Shown here: in pieces, positions 38,877 to 49,535 of the stretch | Layout: every line of letters begins with the position of its first letter | Position numbering within the stretch: position 1 is the first letter of the stretch | Assembly: GCF_001194135.2 (NCBI RefSeq) | Contig: NC_068989.1 | Coordinates: 88,511,946 to 88,575,945, forward strand | Direction: 5' to 3' | DNA length: 64,000 nt | Origin: Octopus bimaculoides | Taxonomy: Eukaryota | The notes under the pieces: model-generated | Database searches by the model: none | The model's input: only the letters and a program-made list of their open reading frames with translations | What the model was told of the DNA's origin: nothing | Made by a program: the position numbers and the translations under genes

Positions 38877-41211
38877 TAGTGATGGGTAGGCACATTTTCA
38901 TGACGGGTCTCTCTCTGCTAATCTCAGCTACAGAACCAGGTGAGCGTAAGATGCATGCCACTGACCAAACTTGGCTGCTTGCATTTACTGACCTGTTCAT
39001 TCTTGTTTGGACTTGATAGCATTCCAGTTGTCTTCACTGGCTGATGAACACTCCAATCTTTATTTCTCTCAGCTCTCTATGTGATGCATATGTGTGTGTG
39101 TGTGCTTGTGTGTATACTCAACAATCTACTTGCTGTGTGTCTGTGTTTCTATGTATGTAATTGTGTGTGTGTGTGCATGCATATTTTACTTGCTATCGCA
39201 ATGAGAGAGTATGTGTCGTTTAATAAGTGTGTGTCTGTGTGTGCAAGTATGATTTTGTAAGAGTTTTTGTATATGCGTATTTTAACTTCCTCATAAGTTA
39301 AAAACTAACGTAAGACACATTGTTATCGACATGTAGGAGATAATCTCCCCATTTCAGAATATATGCTACATGGAGAGGAAGAAAATGTAGTCTAAAAATC
39401 AGACAGTTATCTCCATGTATGACCAAATATGTCCAACAAAGTTTGATATAGTCTCACTATGTTATCATTATCAACATGTAGGACACCATGTGACCTACAT
39501 TAGATTGGTGTGTTCTGTAACACATTGGATGGTGAGAGTGAAATAAAGAATTTAAATATCTGAGGTGAGTTATTGTTCATAAGATTATAATGTATTATGA
39601 TTTATTATAATTTATTACAATTTATTATAATTTATTCACTTTGTCTTTAGAGATGGGAAATTTTTCAATATTTACAACTACACTACAGCCCAGGCAGGTT
39701 AATTTCCAATCCTCATCAAATATTTTATTCCTGGATGTATTCACAGTAATAGAATGGATTTGAACTAGGATCCTTCATTTCTTAAGTAAAGTTGATAACA
39801 TTCTTATTAACTAGGCCAGTGTTTCTTAGACAAGGGTAAAGATTTGAAAGGAAACAAATTGCCATGTTTAATAAAATCAAAATGATTTCCAACTTTTTAT
39901 AAACTTGTTAATTACCAGAATTAGTATCATTATCATTTAACATCCGTTTTCCATGGTGGCATGGGTTAGATATAACAACAAACTAACTATAAATTGTAAG
40001 AATTGTACTATAGCTGGCATGGCTGTGTGGTAAAAAGCTTGCTTACCAACCGCATGGTTCTGGGTTCAGTCCCACTGCATGGCACCCTGGGCAGGTGTCT
40101 TTGGTTATAGCCTCGGACCGACCAAAGCCTTGTTAGTGGATTTAATAGGCAGAAACTGAAAGAAGCCTGTTGTATATATCTATATATATATACATAGATA
40201 TATGTGTGTGTGTGTTTGTTCCTCACTACTGCTTGGTAATCAGTGTTAGTGTTTTTACATCTCCTTAACTTAGTGGTTCAGCAAAAGAAAGTGATAGAAT
40301 AAGTACCACACTATAGGTTAAGTACCAGTTGTGTACTGGGGTCGATCTCAAAAATTTCAGGCCTTGTGCCTAGAGTATAAAAGAATATTGAGGGTAAGGT
40401 ATTTGTCAATTTGAGAACCACTGCACTGGACAGTTCATGTTTGGGACTGACCACATAAATATAGATGTTGGAAGATGTGTAAGTATTGCATCATCTCTAA
40501 AGTTGAAATTAACCTTTAGCATGCTGAAGGCACATCATGTCACCATATGAGTTGTCTCCCTTCTCAGTGCAACACAATATACCTACAGTTACAGGGGAGA
40601 AAACTCATATAGCAAGATGATGCACCTAAGCATGTTAAAGGTTACATATTGGGTAAACTGTAATTGTATAAAGATGACTGTATTTTCATATTGTGTAATT
40701 TTTATGGTAAGCCACCTCTGGTTGAAGATACCTGCTTTTTCAACAACCAGATGTCCATTCTGTTGCCAACTCTCACCTCTTTCCATGCAATGTAATATTT
40801 CCCCATTGTCAGACATGTTTTTCATGAAAGATCAGAAACAAAGGACACTGCATGATAATGGCACTTGTTCCTCTTAGCTTCAACCTACCAAATCTACTCA
40901 TAAGGTTTTGGCAAATATGAGCTATAGAAGAAGACGCTTGCCTAAAGTTGAATTTGAACTCAGAACATAGAGAATCAGGAGAAACAAGGATGATATTATT
41001 GATACCCCATGATACAGGATATCATTCATATGAATGCAGCTCTGTTCAACCCATTACTTCACCAGAAACAATTCAGGAAATGAATGTGAAAATAAACAAG
41101 AGAAATACAATCACACTAATGATAGTGCCTCAGCATGGCCACAGCCTCTGGCTGAAACCAATAAAAGTAAAAGTCTGATTCATTTATACGAAAAGAATAA
41201 ATATCTGTTGC

Positions 41212-41217
41212 TTTATT
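41212..41217 (-). promoter_or_regulatory. Candidate polyadenylation signal (AATAAA) of the tubulin gene
   Basis: tttatt on + strand, about 340 nt downstream of the tubulin stop; such hexamers are common in AT-rich DNA. Confidence 0.35.
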
Positions 41218-41403
41218 TTTTTCTTGTTTAAATTACACTTCAAATTTTTTGCGGAAAAAATATACTTACATCAGATGTATAACAACAGGAACACTAGCAA
41301 ATAGGTGCAGATGTGTAGAATGAAAAATGTTACACTGATGTGAGAGATAAATGTTGAAAAGAGAGAGTGTATATTTCAGAAGCTATGTGTAAATACAATG
41401 TTG

Positions 41404-41515
41404 AAATTGTTCCTACTTTCACTTTCAAGTGAAATAACAAATGATTGTTCCTACTTTCACTTTCAGTGAAATAACAAATGAAAATTGTTCCTGTTCTCAC
41501 ATTCAGTGAGTGCAA
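41404..41515. repeat. Three tandem ~38-40-bp hairpin-containing units in the tubulin 3' UTR
   Basis: ttgttcctactttcactttcaagtgaaataacaa / ttgttcctactttcactttcagtgaaataacaa / ttgttcctgttctcacattcagtgagtgcaat. Confidence 0.85.
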
Positions 41516-41555
41516 TGTAATCAGACAGTCTAGAAGTGATTTTGTTTTAATATGT

Positions 41556-42514
41556 TCAATATTCTTCCACTCCAGGTTCCTCTTCATCCACAAATACTGT
41601 TTCAGCACCAGCCTCTTTGTAGTCTTCTTCCAGTGCAGCCATATTTTCTCGTGTCTCAAGAAATTCATCTAATGTCATGCCTTCAGAAATATACCAATGA
41701 ACAAAAGCTTTTTTGCGAAACATTAAATCAAATTTGTAATCAAGACGTGCCCAGGCTTCACGAATTGCTGTTGTATTACTAAGCATGCAAACAGCTCGAA
41801 TAGAATTCCCTATGTCACTACCAGGAACTGCAAATGGGGGTTGACTGTTGATGCCTATTTTGAATCCAGTCGGACACCAGTCAACAAAATGTATCTTGCT
41901 TGATCGCTTGATGTTTTGCAATGCGTAGTTAACCTTACTTGGGCTAACATCTCCTCTGTAGAGGAGGCAACATGCCATATATTTAGCAGATTGAGGTGAA
42001 CAATTAACCATTTGATTGTGAGGTGCAAAACACTGGTTGGTTAAATGTTGAATGCTTACCACTGAGCGTAAAATATTCACATCTGTCATTAGTGGAGAGT
42101 AAGTGGCCAGGGGAAAGTGAATTCGAGGATAAGGTACCAGGTTGGTCTGAAATGCACTAAGGTTTACTTGAAGGGAACCTTCAAAACGTAGTGGGGTTGT
42201 GATTGAGCTGAGTACATGAGAAATGACCTGGTTCAGGTTTTTATACATTGGACGTGAAACTTTAAGCTTGTTATGACAGATTTTATAAATAGCTTCATTG
42301 TCAAGAAGGAAACTGCAGTCGGAATGGTCCATAGTGCAGTGTGTGGTGAGCAGTGAGTTGTATGGTTCCACCATGCTTGTCGATAAATGAGGTGACGGGT
42401 AAACAATGAAATTTATCTTTGATTTCTTTGGAAAGAGCTGACTAAGAGCTTGTGCTAGGATTGCTGTGAAACCAGAACCGGTACCGCCACCTAAACTGTG
42501 AGAAAGAAGGAAAC
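41556..42514 (-). CDS. TUBA-like: Divergent alpha-tubulin, coding exon 4 ([15 protein letters not shown]...EPGVEEY*)
   Basis: Acceptor gtcatttcag|GT. Contains [60 protein letters not shown] and a C-terminal EEY before TGA. Spliced CDS is 1362 nt = 453 aa + stop, with no indels relative to canonical numbering (+1 offset). Confidence 0.97.
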
Positions 42515-43492
42515 CTGAAATGACAGCAATGTATATTGTCACTAGTGACAGAAATGATGTTCTTTATAGAAATACTGACATTGGAACATTGGTATATTGC
42601 CATTGTAGTTGTTGTTTAGTCCCAGGTCAACCTTGACCAAGCAGGTTTAGGATCATAGATATCCAAATCTTGACCATTACACTGATTTTTGCCTTCTTTT
42701 TTCAGATAGCGTATTCAAGATTATATTATCCAATGTGTTGGTCTTCCTTTTAAGACAGTAGGGTGTATTTTGAGGGGAAATTTGGTTGCTATTTATAGCT
42801 GGTTGAGGGACCACATAGAAGCTCCTTTGCTGTTTCATTAATCTATAGCGGATACAGGAGAAGTTCACCTTAGCACTGCAAGTTATTGAAACACTCAGCA
42901 ATTACAGAATACTTCCACTACATCCAGCAGTGTACTTCTCTACCTCACGTATTGACCACGGGCTGGAATGTTAAGAGAAGAGTGTCATTACGAGAGACAC
43001 GGAACAATACAAGAGGCAGGTAAAACATCAAAGAATTCTTTCTAAACAAACATTATCAACAGCGGAGAAAGCAAACCAATGAGAGAGTCACTGTGGAGTC
43101 ATTTGAGATGCTGGATAAAACAGCCAGTTCTTCCTCAGATCATACTTCACCTTACTGTCTTAGGGAGGGCACATTGGATAATGTTGTCCTGGATATGTTA
43201 TGCCTGAATAAAAGACAGGATGGTCATGGCAGGTACATATGGCTATCCTAGACTAAACAACAACTCTTCAATATACTATATAAACTCTTTATCATATTTA
43301 GGATAAACTACATATTACTATACACCTGATATACATACACATCCAGACACATGCACACACACACATATATAAATATATATATATTTGTATATATACATAT
43401 ATATATATGTATATATAATTATATATATGTATATATACATATATTTGGGATTTGGTTTGCGAGATTCTTTATGTGAGTTTGTGTGTTGAAGC

Positions 43493-43736
43493 ATATTTTG
43501 TTGTATCTGGGCAAAGTCATTCTCCTTTAGTGCCTTATTTAATACACTCACTGGTAAAGTTTCCACTCATTTACTTATTTATTTTTCCTAAAAGAGTCAA
43601 CGATTATTGAAAAGGTTGCAAGACGCAACGAAAGTTTTAGGAAAAATAAATAAGTAAATGAGTGGAAACTTTACCAGTGAGTGTGTTAAATAATAAGGCA
43701 CTAAAAAAGAATGGCTCTCCCCAGACAACAAAATAT
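43493..43736. mobile_element. Long-TIR MITE in tubulin intron 3
   Basis: About 100-bp inverted arms (43493-43593 and 43635-43736) around a 41-bp spacer; ends in TA-rich sequence. Confidence 0.85.
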
Positions 43737-46700
43737 ATATATATAATATTTATATATATATGACTAGAGCAGATAAGAGAGCTGAGGTGAGGGAGTACAT
43801 GTTTATTCCATTCTTATCTGCTCTGTTCATACACATTCTCTCCGTTCCTGTATCTACTGGATTTTCAGAATCAAGCAAAGATTTACCTTAACCCCAACCA
43901 CAGTCATTCTTGTTAATCACACACTCAGCAGAGTGCTTAATGTGAGGTCTGTTTGATTCTCTCAAATCCCCATTACTACTCTGTGTGTGTGTGTGTGTTG
44001 AATTGGTGGGGACTATTTAGTCTTGCTACGTTCAACCTCTTGGGTGCCAGGAACACAATAAATTCACTTAGTCCATGTAGTAAAATTATTGATAATTGGA
44101 AAGGCGTCTATCCACAAAAAAAAAAATTGAAAACACATTGAAAAGAATGACATATTAAAGGTAGATTGGCCATTATTGTTAATCAGATCCAGGTGGAACT
44201 TTTAATGAGAAGATCTTCATATTTTCAGGTACTGTATGTCTTGGATGGCATTCTTCCAATATCTTCCTTTCTTTGAAATGCTAGAGAATGATTTGAGGGA
44301 ATTTAGCCACTATTTCCTGATAGTTGAGCAACTGCATAGGGGCTCCTTCATCGGCTTCTATAAATTTGCAAGATGCTGTCCTGGGACAGACTTAACCAGC
44401 CCTTGCTAGCAAGGGAAAAATGGTTATAAGACGATGATGGTGATGGGGGGAGGGGGGTATATACTAAACTGATAAACAGAGACAGTGGGAGAGGAGCTCG
44501 TCCACCTAGAAAACCAAGCCATCACCACTCCTCAAATGACCACCTTCTGTCTTAAAAGGAATGAAGAACACATTAGTTAATGTAATCCTAGATACACTAT
44601 CTTCTGAAAGAAAAATGGCATTGTCATGATGGAAATGTTATTGGTCATTGGTCTTCTGGATCAAGACTGACCTGAATCTAAACAGCAACAACAACAACAA
44701 CTACAACTAATACAATATTAGAAAATGTTTTATTTTCCTTCTTTCTTTACTTCTTTTTTGATCCACGCCATCTTTCATGTTTTCCATTGAATTTCTTCTA
44801 TGAAGAAAATGGTTTTCAATTGTGAAGCTCTCTCCATAACTTTCTCCCTGTACATTGGTTTCATTGGCTGTGATGATGACTATTAAAATAGCCATCTATG
44901 TATCATATTTAATGTATTCACACAGTTGATAGGCTGTCTACTGCAGTATTTAACCTGAAGTAATATCTCTCGTGGACTTGCTGTGTTAAAAACAAAAGTA
45001 TCAAAGAGAAGCGAAAATTCCTCCCAATAGCGACCAGTGGGAGCACCAGATGTATTTTGACCATTTTGGACCTTTTCAATGGTACATACAGCCAGATGAA
45101 AAAATGAAGAAAACTTTCGCTGATGTTACAAATCGTTTCCCGGCTGATTAAAACTTTGGTTATATGCAACTGAGACAGTATCAGATTAAAATAGCCATCT
45201 ATGTATCATAGTTAATGTATACACGCTGTCAATAGGCCAGTTACTGCAGTATTTGTCCTAAGACATTATCTCTTATGCACATGCTGTGTTAAAAAAAAAA
45301 AAAAAATACAGGCATCATAGAAAGCATGAGAGACAAAAACCCATTCAGCAAAAGCACCAGAGACATTTCAACATTTTTAGGCCCTCAGCCATCCACATTT
45401 TCAGCTGAATAATCATCATCCCTGATATAGAGAAAAATAAATAAAACACTCACTGTTTGGTTAACTAAATTCATTGAAATTGTGTCTAAGTGACTAGATC
45501 AGCACAGTGACCATCCTGTATTTTTAAGGATACACAAAACTACATTATCTAATGGATCCTTTCTTTCTTTAAGGTGGTATGGTGTGATTTGGGGGAAATT
45601 TTGCTGCTATTTCTAGTAGGTTGATCAAGCAGTAGTGTAGCTGGTGGGGTGTGTGGCACTTTTGGTTACGCTGTATAAATCTGTATAGGCTTGAGTGATG
45701 GTGGGGGTGGAGAGGGGAGGTTGAGTCAACTCTGCTTATCTCACTCATTCACACATAATCGCAAAAGCTGTCCAACCAAGGTGCTACTATGAACAGAACT
45801 TTCTGATATTACTCTGTTGTTTTTCATTGGACCATCATGTCCAATACAAGCTTTAAGCAATAAACATATGATGAATTATCAACAAGACTTTCCCATTCAT
45901 CTCATTCTTGATAGCATAACACATTCATTTCATCTTATTGTTAAATGTTAAATGTTTAAATAAACAGGGTAGGATTAAAGAGCCACAGATACTTATAGAT
46001 ACTTATGTAGGATCTCAAATTTTACAGAGAAGTGCAAGGTTTTGAGTGTAACAACTACATGCTAACAATTTAACTCTTTTGATCCCAGCCTAACTGAAAC
46101 TACCTCTGACTCTGTAGTACAAATGTCTTGTTTTCATAAGTTGTGAATTAAAATCTCCCACCAAACCTTAGTCACAATTTATGTTCCTAACACTAGCTTA
46201 ATAATAACTAAGTTATTGTACTAAATTCTTTGTTATATTTAAAATCAATTGAAAGAAACACAGAGCATCTCAACAGAAATATGGTAACAAAAGGGTTAAC
46301 AAATGATACCAACCCGGCTGAAACTGCCTCTGGCTCTGTTGTACAAATGTCTTGTTTTGAAAAGTTCTGAATTAAAATCGGAAAGAAACCAAAAACAAAA
46401 GAACTATACACATGCATACACACACACTCATACACATTCGCACACAAACACTCACACATACACATGTAATTGTTTAGCCCAAAGCGACCCTTGCTTTTGC
46501 TGAGATATAATCAGAGACAGTTTAGCTGTGACCATTCCATCATTTGTTCAGACATAGTATATCTAGGAATACATTACCTGATGTGTTCTCTTTGATTTTT
46601 TTTTTCTTTTTAAGGGGATAAGGTATGACTTATGGGAGGTTTGGCTGTGAACTCTTGCAAGGTAAGTCAACTATGCAGAGGCTCTTTCATTGACTCAACA

Positions 46701-47971
46701 AGAAAATATTTGCCAATCAGTTATTTAGCCTTCATTTAACTATCATCTCTGTGTGTGTATGTATAACAGCTACATGGTCCCAAATGTTTGAGCAGTACTT
46801 CAGATTAGATCTTACTTAAGCTTCAACTAACTCTATAAAGTCATACCACTGTGCAATAACAAGTACAATTGATAATATAAACATTACCAGTTGCACCTAC
46901 ATAGTGCATGTGCTTTGTTAATGCACCAAATTTGCTGCAGGACAGAATTTGGATAAAGCTCCTGAAATGATGCTGAGTGTTCAAGAACACCTGAATGTCG
47001 CAGGCCAGGCAAAGCAACTCACCTCAGAATGAGTGAGAATGGTAGATACTGATATTTTGCATTGTTGTGTCGATGCCCCCAGGCGAAGAAGTAGGATCTC
47101 CCAAGACATATAAATAGAGGTAGTCTGGCCGTGGTAGGAGTGTTGAGTAGCAGTTGAGTAGCGATCATCCGAAGGTGCTAGATAGCAGTGGCATTGAGAC
47201 ATAACAAGCATATAAGTCATAAACCAGCAATTCAATTCATTTCAAGATGATCTGAGTACTTGGTATTGATAAACCTAATGGCAAAATATTGGTATCTACC
47301 ATCCTCAGTGATTCCAAGGTAAGATGTCTCACTTTGTCTGTGACATCCAGGTATTCTTTAAGACTTAACATATGGGGTGCTTTCCCCAGATGCTATTCTG
47401 CAGCAAATTTGGCATCTAAGCAAAACACATGCACTGCAGATGTATGACCCACAATGTTTACATTACAAGAGCTGCTTTTAATTTGTAATTTGATAATCAA
47501 TAATAATATAGTTAAAATTATCCAGAGATATCTCACAACTCATCATCAATCCCTGGACATTATTTTCTTAAGCCCTCAGACCCTTTGGGCCAGTTACCTG
47601 GTTTTCATGACATGTGAGTGACCAAGATCACAATGCTCCTCTTGAACAGAATATCAGTCTGTCACAGGGTTACACATTTACAACTGGATGAACTGGAACA
47701 ACATGAAACGAAGAGTTTTGCTCTGGAGCACAACACACCACCCAGTCTGGGAATAGAAACCACGATCTTGCAACAATGACTACAACGCCGTAACCACTTG
47801 GTTACATGCCTTCACACCTTACAATTGATCTTTTTATAATATAGGTAGCATTATCAACAGATACCTCACAACTGATGTTGTATATGATCTGATAATAATA
47901 CAATTAGAATTACAGACAGATATTTTGGAACTGATTTTGTAATTAATATAGTTAGAATTATCAACAGATAC

Positions 47972-48145
47972 CTTGTAACTGATCACAGTCCTCAGCAAGT
48001 TTTTCTATTCTCTCAACAGCAACCTCTAACGCTTCTCGGCCAACCCCGTAGTAACCACGGGCAAAGTTATTGGCAGCATCTTCTTTCCCAGACAGAAAAG
48101 TGTTTGGATGAAAGAGGCTCTTGTATTTTCCGGACCGTACAACAT
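47972..48145 (-). CDS. TUBA-like: Divergent alpha-tubulin, coding exon 3 (DVVRSGKY...GKEDAANNFARG...CDQLQ; 174 nt)
   Basis: Acceptor tgatttcag|AT, donor CAA G|gtatct; phase 1 at both ends, keeping the frame; alpha-type GKEDAANN motif. Confidence 0.95.
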
Positions 48146-48249
48146 CTGAAATCATGATGGTATGGTTAAAAAACAGACAGAAGATTACAAAAAAAAATGT
48201 TAAATAATAAAAAGAAATAATAGTAGGAGACAAGAGTATTGACCATGTT

Positions 48250-48770
48250 TTGAGTGAGTGCTATATACTAACGCAAAAGGAGTACAAGCACAGACATAGG
48301 CATGACTGTGTTGGCAAAAGAGTGCATTGGGATGTCAGCCAAGGGTGTGGCTTCAAAACAACTGGAAAGTGGTGTGAATATGAACCAAAGGCTGTGATAG
48401 AAAATGAGAATTACAAGAACTTGTGGGACTTTGTTATAAAGACTGACTGTACTATTGAAGCAATAAGACCAGATAGAGGAAGAAATAAAGAAACGGTGCA
48501 AGATCGACGATTTTGCAATTCCCTGGTAGCAGAGTTGATACCAAAGAAATTGAAAAAAATCGAGAAATAGCAGGAGCTGACCAGAGAGCTGAAAAGACTG
48601 TGGAGGACCAAACCAACAATTATTCCTGCAGTAATTGGTACACTTGGTACAACACCCAAAATGCTATCGGGAAACTGGAATTGAAACTTGCATTGTTGAC
48701 CTGTAGAAAAGTGCCATCTTACATTCTGCAATAATTCTAAGAAAGATTCTTGAGATTTGAGGAGACTTGT
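48250..48770 (+). mobile_element. R4/Dong-like (restriction-like endonuclease) LINE 3' fragment in tubulin intron 2
   Basis: KEYKHRHRHDCVGKRVHW...ENENYKNLWDFVIKTDCTIEAIRPD plus frameshifted downstream RLE-region motifs. Confidence 0.7.
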
Positions 48771-49099
48771 TGTCAGCAAAGATAAAATACCTGCTAACTA
48801 AATTAGCATGCACTAGCATAATAATGATGTTGTTGTTGTTGATGATGATGATGATTCTTTCTAATTTTTGCCACAAGACCAGCAATTTTGAGGGGAGGGG
48901 AAAGTTGATTACATCAGCTCCAGTGATCAACTTGGACTTATTTTATTGACCTCATAAGCATGAAAGACAAAATCATTCTCAGTGGTATTTGAACTCAGAA
49001 TGTAAAGAGCTGGTAGAAGTGCTGCTGAGTATTTTGTCCAGGGCAGCAGCAGCAGCAGCAGCAGAAGAAGAAGAAGAAGAAGAAGAAGAAGAAGAATTC

Positions 49100-49535
49100 A
49101 TTTATTGGCCACAAGGGCTTACATAAAATTACAATAAATCACATACAACAACATAAAAGACAAAAGCAGGACGATTCAATGGGTTTTACAACGTGTAAAC
49201 AAAATAATAACAATTAAAATTAAACAATTTAAAACTCCCAATAAGAGAGGTGCATTAAGGACCTCGTGAAAAAAACCCCACAAAAGTCACGGGTGCCTGA
49301 TCAACAGAGCAAGAGCCCTTCTTTTGTTTACAGGTACATGTTCAGAATTGGTCCTTTCACACTGGCCATTCTTCCAACATTCATCCATCTTTCAACAAAC
49401 TTGTTACAAGGCAACACTTCCCTCTCTCCATCCTCAACTTCCTTTTCAAGTGAAACTTGAAAGAGTTGATGAGGGCTTGGCTAAAGAGGAAAGTGCCTGT
49501 CTTTAGCCCTTTCAAACGGGTCCACCATACTACCT
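49100..49535 (-). mobile_element. Tx1/L1-like LINE 3' fragment
   Basis: VVWWTRLKGLKTGTFLFSQALINSFKFHLKRKLRMER / EVLPCNKFVERW (frameshifted), followed by a 3' UTR and a simple-repeat tail. Confidence 0.55.

Noticed and set aside
41455-41471. Iron-responsive element (CAGTGA)
   Set aside because: It is on the non-transcribed strand, and CAGTGA is not enclosed by a 5-bp upper stem.
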